29,416 nt of DNA from Alphaproteobacteria bacterium (GCA_014238625.1 JABAAS010000002.1:1-29416); one strand, 5' to 3'. Positions 18,307-27,435 are shown, numbered from the stretch's first letter. Numbers and translations are program-made. Notes: generated by a model from the letters alone, not told the origin.

Positions 18307-18363
18307 CGCAAAAATTAGTGAAAGAAAGTAGTCGTTTTTTGCAATGTTTAATGACATTTTACA
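18307..18363 (-). mobile_element. Tn7-like end array no. 3 (one clear and one degenerate box)
   Basis: tgcaatgtttaatgacattttACA at 18340-18363. A degenerate box cgcaaaaattagtgaaa lies at 18307, exactly 33 bp upstream as in the other two arrays. Confidence 0.5.
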
Positions 18364-18421
18364 ATTGTTGTGAAAATTCCCTATAGCATACGAAAATAAA
18401 ACTAATCACAGCAGTAGGATT

Positions 18422-21400
18422 GTGCATACTCCTCATTTAGAAAGACTTTTTAATTCTACTCACCTGCTCGAGAGCGAAAGTAAAGGCTCGGATGGGGAAC
18501 AGCTTTTTTCGAGTGCACTTGCCCCTGATCTTGGATTGTATCTCCTATGGGTAAAGAGCCAGAAAGCACCGAGTTCCGCTACTTTGCGCAAAATGTGGGA
18601 GGACAAGCGTAGCCCTAGATATAAGGTCTTTTTGATGTTGGCAACTCTGGATGCGGGCGATCAAGGGTGGCTTTGCGGATGGGAGAAAGACGGGCTACGA
18701 GTCGTGAAGGATAGCTTGGAGCGACTAACCGCCGTATGCGAACTTGCATTCTCCGAAAAAAAAGAGTGGGATATCGAAAATCGCATCGATGATGCCTTTG
18801 CAACACTAGGCGAGCAACCTCAACACAAAGAAGTGTTGGGATTGCAGCGTGAAGGATTGTTCTCTCGACACTATATAACTAACCGAGCTTGGAAAGATGC
18901 CGAAAATAAAGATAGAAGTTTGCAACAAAGGCTCGAAAACCTGAAGCAGAGGCTCGGCTGTAGACCTGATAAAGATAGCTCGCATCACTCCTCACAAAAC
19001 TTCTCACAAGGCAAGACTCTGCAAGGCAAGACTCTGCAAGGCAAGGCTCTACAAGGGAAGACTCTGCAAGGGAAGACTCTGCAAGGGAAGACTCTGCAAG
19101 GGAAGACTCTGCAAGGCAAGGCTCTATTAGAACTATTGGGTTTCGAGACAAAAGAGGTTACTAACGACAAGCGCGAGCTCGTCCTCAGCGTAGAAGGCAC
19201 AGATAGAGCCTTCGCTCTACTGCTACATAAAGAAAAAAACGAGAACTTCGCCTACTCAGTGCCAGAATGGAGCCATAAGGAACGACCGACAGCACAGCGT
19301 TATGCAATCCTTGAAGCAGAGAAGAAAGGGTTGCCCTTTGCCATAGTGCTATTGGATGGTGTGCTACGGTTATATGTGCGCAGTGGCTTCTCGCAAGAGG
19401 GCGAGGGCGGAGGAAGTTTCTCGGATCAACGCTTTTTGCAGATAGATACGCACCTCGTAGCCCTAGTCTACCAGTACGGCGAGCTTACTCGCAAGCAGGC
19501 AAAAAAAGAGTGCGAGCTAGGCTTGCGTTGTCTGGCTATGCTGTTTTCTCCCGCCGCTTTGGGAGCAAAGCCTTGCCTGCTCCAGCATTTGGCTAAGCAG
19601 TCGCGTTCTTATGTGGATGGCGTTGCAGAGAGGTTGCGGACGCGCATCTACAACGAGGCTATGCCGAAGTTGGCAGAGGCTCTGGCGGAGGCGCGTGGTA
19701 TAAAAAAACCGAGGCGCGAAGAGTTAGACCAAACATACGAGATGGCAATGACCGTCCTGTTTCGCCTGTTGTTCGTAGCATACGCAGAGGATAAGGGTTT
19801 GATACCAAGCGCCGAGGAGAGCGAAGAAGATAGGCCAGAGCAGGAACAAAGCGAATTGTCGCTCGCGAAAGAAGAATATAACAAACGCTCCTTGAAAGCA
19901 AAAGCGCTAGAGCTATCGCGCGTTCCTCCGCAAAATATCGCCAAAGCTTTCCGCAAGAATCAACATAGGCATTGGAAGGAGGTCGATATCTTGTTTGATA
20001 CTATCGATGATGGCGACCCTCAGATGGGCTTGCCTGCTTATAACGGCGGTTTGTTCAAAAAAGAACCATGGGAAAAAAAGATTGTCTTGAACGATGCTGC
20101 CTTCGCGCCGATCTTGCAGGAACTGCTGTTAGAAAGTAGCAATACTAATACTCTTACTCGCGGTCCAATCGATTTTGCCGATCTGCAAGTGCGCGAGCTC
20201 GGGACGATCTACGAGGGTTTGCTCGAGTCGGAGCTTTCTATCGCCAACGAGGATTTGACGCTCGTACAGGACAAGAAAAATTTCCTGTATCGTCCTATGC
20301 GAGGGGCTAATAAGGGAAGCAAGGTTGAGGTCAAGGCAAAGCAGATATATGTACATAATACATCAGGACAAAGAAAGGCTACTGGCTCTTACTACACGCC
20401 AGATTTTTGCGTCAATAGGCTGTTGGACGAAGCACTTGAGCCTGCCTTGAAGGCGCATTTTGCAAAACTCGATGCTATAGCAAAAGTTGCTGATATTAAT
20501 GAGACGGACTTCTTCGATTTTCGCGTGGCAGACATCGCCATGGGCTCGGGACATTTTCTCGTGGCGGCGGCAGAGCAAATGGCGGTGAGTTTCGGAGACT
20601 ATTACGAAGAGAATAAAAAGAAGTTGCGCTCGGTTAGCGAACAGCTTGAAAAATTGCGCAAGTCTGCCTCCGAGCGACTTACGAAAGCCAACGCTAGAGT
20701 GCCGCAATATCTGCGAACAAGGGAGGAGGATGGCTCGCAAGAAAAAAATGACTCGCAAGCAAGAGATGACTCGCAAGAAAAAAAGGCTAATCACGAGCTG
20801 TTGAAAAGGTTGTTAGTGCGCCGTTGTCTCTACGGGGTCGATATGAACGGGTTAGCGGTACAGTTAGCGCGTATTTCTTTGTGGATTCATAGCTTCGTGC
20901 CGGGCTTGCCTCTCTCGTTCTTGGATAGGAACCTGCGCTTGGGTAATTCGCTCGTTGGCGTCGGGACGATGGAAGAGGTCGCAGACTGGGTCAAGCGTGA
21001 GGGCGAGATGAACAAGCAGGTGGTGGCGGAGTTTTTGAGCGGTATCGATGATGATTTGCGAGACTTGCAAGGTAACATCGAGGCAAGCGTTACAGAGGTA
21101 AAGGAGGCGGAGAAGGCTGCGAAGGAAATAGAGACGAAATTGCAAGCAGCGACAGCCGTCTGCGATGTGATAACCGCGCATCGCATTGACGAGAAAATTA
21201 AGACTTTTCACAGCTCTAATTGGCAGCGTGAGAAAAACTCGATGCACGATAGCGACACGCATAAGCGAGCAAAAAGATTGATCGAAGGTTTGCAACCCTT
21301 GCATTTTCCAATTGCCTTCCCCGAAGTCTTTTTAGGCGAGCGCAAGGGTTTCGATGTGATACTCGGTAATCCGCCATGGGAGGTTTTGGTATTCAAGGAA

Positions 21401-22939
21401 GACCAGTTTTGGACGCGCTACAACCCAAAAATGAACGGTAGAAAGCAAATTGAGATAGAGAAGATTAAGGCTAGGGCGAGGGAAGAACGAGCAGATTTGG
21501 TCGCGCTGATGGAGGAGCAAAAGGAATCTAGCGATCGCATGCGTAGCACGCTACTTAAGAGCAGTTATGGCGAGAAGGGTAAGGGTAAGGGTAAGGGCTT
21601 CGGTTCTGGCGACCTCGACCTCTACAAAGTCTTCGCTTGGCGTTATTGGCAGTTGTTGGTAGCAGCGCAAGACGAGCGTAAGGCAGGCGGGTATCCAGGC
21701 GGGTATCTTGGCGTGGTTTTACCGCGTTCTTTATTGAAATCAAAGGGTTCGCAGGGCTTCCGTAAAACCGTCCTGCAAAGCGCGCAAGACATCTCTATCA
21801 CTAGCCTCATCAATAAAAATGGTTGGTGCTTTGACGACCTGCATGGACAATATGCTGTAGCTTTGCTGGGTCTTGGTAAGGATTTACATGCTAGCGATGC
21901 GAGCATTAAAATGCATCCAGTTTGCGACAACCGCCAAGACTTCGATGCACGCCCCTCTGAAAAAGCCATAGAACTAAAAGTATCGGAGGTTATGGAAGGC
22001 AGTATAACCGCAACCCTGCCGAGTTTCACCTCAGCGAAATCGCTCGATGTCTACAGGCAACTGCGCAGCGCACAGCACCTCGACCACGACCAAGCACCAG
22101 AATGGCGAGCTCGCCCTTATAGCGAACTACACCCAACACACCACAGAAAACTTATGGATTTAGAGGGAAAAGAAGACTATGCCGATACTTGGCCAATCTA
22201 TAAAGGCGAGTCCTTTAATCTCTGGCAAGCGGACACTGGAAAATATTATTTTCGGGCGAAACCGCAACCGATCATAGATGTGTTGCAGGGGAAAAGATTA
22301 CGCGGAGCAAGAAACAAAAATTCACCGTTCTCGGAATTCTCGCAAGAGCATATTGCAAAGCCCGAAACCTTACCTTGCTGGTCGCCGCGTATAGTTTTAC
22401 GCGATATAACAAATGCTACAAACACACGCACGGTTATTTGTTGTCTGATTCCCCCCAAAGTTTTCTGCCAAAGCACTGCTCCTTCCTTTCTTTTTCCACG
22501 CGGCGACGAGTTTGATCAAACCTACCTGCTCGGCATTCTCTGCTCGCGTCCGCTCGACTGGTTCGCGAGGCGTGTTGTCGAACTTCACATGACTCTCAAT
22601 ATTATCAACAGTCTGCCCATCCCGCGTCCACAGGCAGACCACCCCTTACGCCTACGCCTAATAGAACTAGCCGGAACGCTCGCTTGCAGAGACGCGCGCC
22701 TAAAGGCTTGGGCTAAAACCATCGGCGTAAAATACGCAAAAGAAATAAGCTCGATAGAAGAACAAGACTTGATCGCCGAGATAGACGCCGTAGCCGCACA
22801 TCTCTACGATCTATCGAGAGAACAACTCACCCACATATTCGAAACATTCCAAGAAAGTTGGAAATACAAAGACTCCCTAGCAAAAACACTCGCGCATTAC
22901 GAAAGGTGGAAGCAGAAGAAAGGTGGAAGTAGGGTATGA
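18422..22939 (+). CDS. Large N6-adenine DNA methyltransferase, Eco57I/type IIG-like, with C-terminal target-recognition region
   Basis: Motifs RELGTIYEGLLE, RKATGSYYTP, DIAMGSGHFL (SAM binding), LYGVDMN and FDVILGNPPW (catalytic NPPW). The start codon is uncertain. Confidence 0.9.
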   Translation: MHTPHLERLFNSTHLLESESKGSDGEQLFSSALAPDLGLYLLWVKSQKAPSSATLRKMWEDKRSPRYKVFLMLATLDAGDQGWLCGWEKDGLRVVKDSLERLTAVCELAFSEKKEWDIENRIDDAFATLGEQPQHKEVLGLQREGLFSRHYITNRAWKDAENKDRSLQQRLENLKQRLGCRPDKDSSHHSSQNFSQGKTLQGKTLQGKALQGKTLQGKTLQGKTLQGKTLQGKALLELLGFETKEVTNDKRELVLSVEGTDRAFALLLHKEKNENFAYSVPEWSHKERPTAQRYAILEAEKKGLPFAIVLLDGVLRLYVRSGFSQEGEGGGSFSDQRFLQIDTHLVALVYQYGELTRKQAKKECELGLRCLAMLFSPAALGAKPCLLQHLAKQSRSYVDGVAERLRTRIYNEAMPKLAEALAEARGIKKPRREELDQTYEMAMTVLFRLLFVAYAEDKGLIPSAEESEEDRPEQEQSELSLAKEEYNKRSLKAKALELSRVPPQNIAKAFRKNQHRHWKEVDILFDTIDDGDPQMGLPAYNGGLFKKEPWEKKIVLNDAAFAPILQELLLESSNTNTLTRGPIDFADLQVRELGTIYEGLLESELSIANEDLTLVQDKKNFLYRPMRGANKGSKVEVKAKQIYVHNTSGQRKATGSYYTPDFCVNRLLDEALEPALKAHFAKLDAIAKVADINETDFFDFRVADIAMGSGHFLVAAAEQMAVSFGDYYEENKKKLRSVSEQLEKLRKSASERLTKANARVPQYLRTREEDGSQEKNDSQARDDSQEKKANHELLKRLLVRRCLYGVDMNGLAVQLARISLWIHSFVPGLPLSFLDRNLRLGNSLVGVGTMEEVADWVKREGEMNKQVVAEFLSGIDDDLRDLQGNIEASVTEVKEAEKAAKEIETKLQAATAVCDVITAHRIDEKIKTFHSSNWQREKNSMHDSDTHKRAKRLIEGLQPLHFPIAFPEVFLGERKGFDVILGNPPWEVLVFKEDQFWTRYNPKMNGRKQIEIEKIKARAREERADLVALMEEQKESSDRMRSTLLKSSYGEKGKGKGKGFGSGDLDLYKVFAWRYWQLLVAAQDERKAGGYPGGYLGVVLPRSLLKSKGSQGFRKTVLQSAQDISITSLINKNGWCFDDLHGQYAVALLGLGKDLHASDASIKMHPVCDNRQDFDARPSEKAIELKVSEVMEGSITATLPSFTSAKSLDVYRQLRSAQHLDHDQAPEWRARPYSELHPTHHRKLMDLEGKEDYADTWPIYKGESFNLWQADTGKYYFRAKPQPIIDVLQGKRLRGARNKNSPFSEFSQEHIAKPETLPCWSPRIVLRDITNATNTRTVICCLIPPKVFCQSTAPSFLFPRGDEFDQTYLLGILCSRPLDWFARRVVELHMTLNIINSLPIPRPQADHPLRLRLIELAGTLACRDARLKAWAKTIGVKYAKEISSIEEQDLIAEIDAVAAHLYDLSREQLTHIFETFQESWKYKDSLAKTLAHYERWKQKKGGSRV
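19007..19126 (+). repeat. 15-bp x8 in-frame VNTR (QGKTL/QGKAL) in the methyltransferase
   Basis: Units caagg(c/g)aag(a/g)ctct(g/a); protein QGKTLQGKTLQGKALQGKTLQGKTLQGKTLQGKTLQGKAL. Confidence 0.97.
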
Positions 22940-25900
22940 GCAAGTCCTCGCAACTTTCACAGCTCACAACTAATCTTACAACTAACCGAGACGGAGAAAC
23001 GCTCGCGCTCGCGCTCAACTCGCATCTCAACGCCTTGCGGAAAAACAAAAACTCGCCCCCAGAGTTAATGCTCGCTACTAGCTACTTCACAGCGCAAGGT
23101 TGGTTCTCGGTAGCTAGAGAAATAGAAAAACTATCCAAAGTGCGATTGCTCGTCGGATGCGAAAGACCTCTGCCTCACGACGAAATAAATAAACAACAAA
23201 ACAATAGACAGACGCAAAACAACAACGAAAATCTATTCGCTAAACACATACAAGAGATATTCCAAAGGCACGAAAAATACCTCCTGCAAGAATACGAACT
23301 ACAACCCTTCAACCAAAGATCAACAGAACTATGGCGAAATCTGCCAAAAGCCTTGCGAAAAGGAAATATAGAAGTACGAAGATATAAAAAATCCTTCTTC
23401 CACGCAAAAACTTGGATATTGAAAAATACCGCAGCAACACTCGGATCCTCAAACCTAACATACGCAGGAGTGAACAAAAATCAAGAGGCAAACATAACTC
23501 TACAAAACCTCGAAATGCAACAGACACTCGAAAAATGGTACGAACAAGTCTGGCAAGAAGCCGAAGTCTACGACCTCGCAACACACTACGATCAACTCAA
23601 TAGAGAATATAGCCCCTACGAAATATACCTCAAAACACTCTACGAATGCTTCCAAGACGAAATAACTCTGGAAAATGAAATAGAAAGCAATAGCTTGCAG
23701 CGAATGTCACTCACAAACTTCCAACAAAACGGAGTGACTAGAGCTAGACGAATCATAAACAAATATAACGGAGTCCTCATCGCAGATACCGTAGGATTAG
23801 GAAAAACCTTCATCGCCGGAGAACTCATGCGAACATACATAGAGAAAAGGCAGCAAGTGCTCCTAGTCGTGCCAGCATCAATGATAGAAACTTGGAAGAA
23901 TTTTCTCAAAGAACAACACCTATCAAATATAGAGCCCATAAGCTACGAAAAATTCGCAAATCAATACAAAGACGATGATCTCCGACATCAACAAGAACTA
24001 TACCAACTCGTCGTCATAGATGAGGCTCATAACTACCGAAACCCCGATACAAAAGCTCGAGCACAAGTGCTAAGAAACTTCCTCGAAGGTCCAAAATCTC
24101 CACAAGGTCCACAACTTCCACAACGTCCACGACGTCCACGAGACCTCGTGTTACTAACCGCAACTCCCGTAAATAACTCAATAGAAGACCTCGAAACCTT
24201 GCTCGGATATTTCCTCAAAGATGGCGCGCTCGAAACACATAAATACCCATACCCATCCATAAAAGCCTTCTTCAAAAAAATAAAAAAAAATGAAGAAGAC
24301 GCAAGCAATACAAAAAAACTAGAGCCTCTCATCGACGCCGTAACACTCAAACGAACACGCCAATTCGTTCAAACAGAATACCCAGACGCAAAACTGCCAG
24401 ACGAAAATGGCAAACTCCAACCCGTAACATTCCCAGATAGAACACTCAAAACAGTCAGATACAATTTCGACGAAAGCCTGCCAGAAATCTTCGAACAACT
24501 ACAAGATATACTGACATGCAAAGGCAAAAAACCTCCAAAGCTGACGCTCGCCATATATCAAGTCGAAAAATACCGCATCGAACAACAAAAAGAACGCAAA
24601 GAAGAAAAAAATATCATCGGCTTGATACGATCCCTGATGCTGAAAAGATTCGAATCCTCCGTACAAGCATTCTGCCATACCTGCCAAGAAATGGTGAAAA
24701 AACACGAAAAATTACTCGAAGCAATCGCACAAGGAAAAGTTATAAAAACAACAGCAAAACGAAAACCTCCTGCCGATAACGACGATGAAAAATGGGAAGA
24801 AGAAGAAGAAGAAGAGCCAGCAGGAAAATTCGACTTCAAGGCGCTTGAAAAAGATGTCGAAAATGATCTCAAACTGCTAAAAAGCCTCGCAAGTAAAAAC
24901 CTCGAGCCAGAAAAAGACCCGAAGCTGAAAAAACTCGTCGAGCAAATAGCCGAAATCGCGCAGCAAGCTCGAAATGACACAGAAGACGAACGAAAGAGAA
25001 AAAATAATCGCAAAATCCTAATCTTCTCATATTACAAAGATACCGCGCAATGGATATACGACTTCCTCTCAAAAAACCTCAACCAAAACCCCCTACTAGT
25101 CGATTATAAAGGCGAAAATATACTCCAATATACCAGCGGATCCGGCGATGGCACAACTGACCCAGATAAAGCAGTAAAACTCTTCTCCCCAGAAACCGCC
25201 GCAAAAAATGCAAAAACCGTCACAAGCGAAAAAGAATGCGATATACTCGTGACAACAGACGTGCTCTCGGAAGGAAAAAACCTACAGCAATGCAGAAACA
25301 TCATCTCATACGACCTGCCTTGGAACCCAATGCGACTGATACAACGACACGGAAGAATCGATCGATTGCTCAGCAAACATAAAACCGTCTTCTTGCATAC
25401 CTTCTTCCCAGTAGACAGATTAGGAGAATTCTTCGACCTCGAATATAAAGTTCGTAAAAAACTAACCCTCGCAGACAAAACAACAGGAATCGAAGCTACT
25501 CCCATCGAAGACGGCGCAGAAAGCGCGAGGATGTACTCTGAAAATCGAAAAGAGCTCGATAATATAGAGCAGGAAAATGCCATCGAAACACTCGAAGGTA
25601 AGTCTAACTACGACATGAGAACAGCCGAAGAATACAGAATGGCTCTCAACAAAGCCTTGAACCAGCCAGAAATAAAATGGCTCGAGCGCTTGGAAGAAAT
25701 GCCCGCAAAGGTGGGATCAGGTAAATACTCGGAAAAAAACGGACATCTCTTTTGCGCTAAAGTCGAAGAAAGCCCTCAACCCTTCCTGCGATTCGTGCCG
25801 ACAACAGAGCCTCAACAACCCATTATCGCCGACTTGTACCAATGTCTCGAGCTAATAAAGTGCTGCGAAAAAACAGAGCGCGTGCTCTCCGAAAAAGACT

Positions 25901-26295
25901 GGAAACAAGCCTTCCCAGCATGGCAGAAAGCTCTCAAAACCATAGTCAAAGAGTGGAATGACTTCGTTCATGAAAGCAAGAAGCAAACAACTCTCGCAAA
26001 AATCAACAGAGAGGTCGCGCAATTCTTGCGGGAATATCCTCCAACAGATGTCGGGCAGGAGGAAGTCGCTAAAGTAATCGCAGCTCTCAAGCGTCCTTGG
26101 AAAAAGCACGACGAGAAAGAACTCAAAAATATATGGAATGAAAAAAAAGAAAACTCGCAGGAGCAGGCGTCTCTAAAACTGTTCAACCTTGTAAGTCGAA
26201 AAAATATCCACCCGACAGTCTATTCCAAGCAATATGAAATCATTGAAGAGGGGCAAGTGCGACCAGTATGTTGGATGTCTTTGCGCAAAAAATAA
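22936..26295 (+). CDS. PLD-nuclease / SNF2-family helicase fusion
   Basis: FHAKTWIL...GSSNLT is a PLD HxK motif. ADTVGLGKT is Walker A; VIDEAH, LLTATPVNN, TDVLSEGKNLQ and QRHGRIDR are SF2 motifs. ATGA overlap with the methyltransferase stop. Confidence 0.92.
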   Translation: MSKSSQLSQLTTNLTTNRDGETLALALNSHLNALRKNKNSPPELMLATSYFTAQGWFSVAREIEKLSKVRLLVGCERPLPHDEINKQQNNRQTQNNNENLFAKHIQEIFQRHEKYLLQEYELQPFNQRSTELWRNLPKALRKGNIEVRRYKKSFFHAKTWILKNTAATLGSSNLTYAGVNKNQEANITLQNLEMQQTLEKWYEQVWQEAEVYDLATHYDQLNREYSPYEIYLKTLYECFQDEITLENEIESNSLQRMSLTNFQQNGVTRARRIINKYNGVLIADTVGLGKTFIAGELMRTYIEKRQQVLLVVPASMIETWKNFLKEQHLSNIEPISYEKFANQYKDDDLRHQQELYQLVVIDEAHNYRNPDTKARAQVLRNFLEGPKSPQGPQLPQRPRRPRDLVLLTATPVNNSIEDLETLLGYFLKDGALETHKYPYPSIKAFFKKIKKNEEDASNTKKLEPLIDAVTLKRTRQFVQTEYPDAKLPDENGKLQPVTFPDRTLKTVRYNFDESLPEIFEQLQDILTCKGKKPPKLTLAIYQVEKYRIEQQKERKEEKNIIGLIRSLMLKRFESSVQAFCHTCQEMVKKHEKLLEAIAQGKVIKTTAKRKPPADNDDEKWEEEEEEEPAGKFDFKALEKDVENDLKLLKSLASKNLEPEKDPKLKKLVEQIAEIAQQARNDTEDERKRKNNRKILIFSYYKDTAQWIYDFLSKNLNQNPLLVDYKGENILQYTSGSGDGTTDPDKAVKLFSPETAAKNAKTVTSEKECDILVTTDVLSEGKNLQQCRNIISYDLPWNPMRLIQRHGRIDRLLSKHKTVFLHTFFPVDRLGEFFDLEYKVRKKLTLADKTTGIEATPIEDGAESARMYSENRKELDNIEQENAIETLEGKSNYDMRTAEEYRMALNKALNQPEIKWLERLEEMPAKVGSGKYSEKNGHLFCAKVEESPQPFLRFVPTTEPQQPIIADLYQCLELIKCCEKTERVLSEKDWKQAFPAWQKALKTIVKEWNDFVHESKKQTTLAKINREVAQFLREYPPTDVGQEEVAKVIAALKRPWKKHDEKELKNIWNEKKENSQEQASLKLFNLVSRKNIHPTVYSKQYEIIEEGQVRPVCWMSLRKK
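24090..24143 (+). repeat. Degenerate 9-bp x6 coding repeat (PKSPQGPQLPQRPRRPRD)
   Basis: Units tccaaaatc, tccacaagg, tccacaact, tccacaacg, tccacgacg and tccacgaga immediately before helicase motif III. Confidence 0.85.
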
Positions 26296-26437
26296 TATTC
26301 ATAAATGCAAAAAACTGCACTTGCCTCGTCAAAAAATATTATCATCAGCTCTATGGCTTTCGGACTATTAGACCAGTCGTCTAAACAAGTATTAATGAAG
26401 TATTTTAATGAGCAGAAACAAAGGTAAATTGCTAAAT

Positions 26438-27331
26438 TTAAGCAGATGTAATTGTTAAAATTACACCTATAACAGCCAGAATCGTACCGCCCCATGCGAG
26501 GACTGGAAAACGTTCTCCTCGAAAAATTGACATAAGCAAAATATACAGAATCGGAGACATCGAGGCTAGAACAACAGCTCGAAAAATCTCGGTGCTCGCA
26601 AAAGCAGCCAATAGCAATGTCATTCCACCTATTGTGCTCACACAAGCACTTATTATTATATACTTTAAGTCAGAGGTCTTAGTTTCAAGTAGCTTATCTT
26701 TAAAAAAAATATAAATTGGAAAAAAAGCTAAACTCGCTGAAAATGTACGAATAAAAGAAGCATGAAAAATTCCAACCGAACCAATTACTTCTTTCGACAG
26801 CAATGCTCCTATAATCTGAAATATAACAGCTAGAACAGCTAGAAATAGTCCTTTAAAAAAGAGGTCGGATTTATAAAATTCTCCACCTATTCTTTCAGAG
26901 CTAGTACGAAAAATAATTGCAATGTAAACTCCAATGATAGCCATGAAAATACCTAGCAGTGCCAACAGAGATATGGTTTCATGAAATATCATTGCTCCAA
27001 TGAAAGCCGTTAATGGAGCATGTAAAGAAAATATGATCGATGAAATTCTAGGACCTAAAAGAAAAACAGCTTGAAATAGGCAGGCTTCTCCAACCGCAAC
27101 TCCGATTACTCCAGAAAATGCAAGATATATTATTGAACGCACATCGAGAAACTCGACTTGACCTAATAATGCAGATAGAAGGAAAAGTACAAGCGAAGAA
27201 AAAGCAAAACGATACATAGAAAAACGAAATGTCCCGAGAGCTTCTATACCCCGATAAGCAACTAAAGGCCCAATTGCCCAACAAAACGCCGCTCCAAGAG
27301 CAAAAGTCTCTCCGAGAAAGGGTAGAAACAT
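26438..27331 (-). CDS. EamA/DMT-family integral membrane transporter
   Basis: About 297 aa with about 10 hydrophobic helices in two repeats (ALGAAFCWAIG ... LAVLAVIFQIIG), DMT-like motifs; AT-rich. ATG at 27331 (the track uses TTG 27334). Confidence 0.85.
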   Translation of the reverse strand: MFLPFLGETFALGAAFCWAIGPLVAYRGIEALGTFRFSMYRFAFSSLVLFLLSALLGQVEFLDVRSIIYLAFSGVIGVAVGEACLFQAVFLLGPRISSIIFSLHAPLTAFIGAMIFHETISLLALLGIFMAIIGVYIAIIFRTSSERIGGEFYKSDLFFKGLFLAVLAVIFQIIGALLSKEVIGSVGIFHASFIRTFSASLAFFPIYIFFKDKLLETKTSDLKYIIISACVSTIGGMTLLLAAFASTEIFRAVVLASMSPILYILLMSIFRGERFPVLAWGGTILAVIGVILTITSA

Positions 27332-27373
27332 CAATCTATAATCATTTCAAAATAATGCCGAATGCTCATAGAG

Positions 27374-27435
27374 ATTAGTGAAATAAAATAGCCACTCTTT
27401 CAAATGTTTAATGACACTTTAAAATTGGGCTGAAA
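27374..27435. repeat. Degenerate direct copy of 18314-18375 (end array no. 3 plus flank)
   Basis: Gap-free alignment, 49/62 identical, including the exact 14-mer aatgtttaatgaca. The terminal ACA is changed to AAA. Confidence 0.8.

Noticed and set aside
2304-18363. Reading the TGACA/TGTCA-N7-TTGCA boxes as sigma-54 promoters
   Set aside because: They lack the invariant GG at -24 and the spacing to TTGC is one base too long.
18063-18386. 107-aa plus-strand ORF between RTX3 and the methyltransferase
   Set aside because: No SD or motif; it overlaps the RTX3 start and runs through the end-like array.
18361-18395. ACA-ATTGT-TGT as a tandem Tn7 junction (end, 5-bp target, next end)
   Set aside because: The sequence after TGT matches the box consensus only with an indel and several mismatches, and no further boxes follow.
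18422-26295. Calling the MTase/SNF2 pair DISARM or BREX
   Set aside because: No DUF1998 (DrmB), DrmA, PglZ or BrxC-type ATPase gene in the window.
26305-26427. 40-codon ORF MQKTALASSKNIII... after the helicase
   Set aside because: Short, with no SD and no recognisable motif; lies in the gap between convergent genes.
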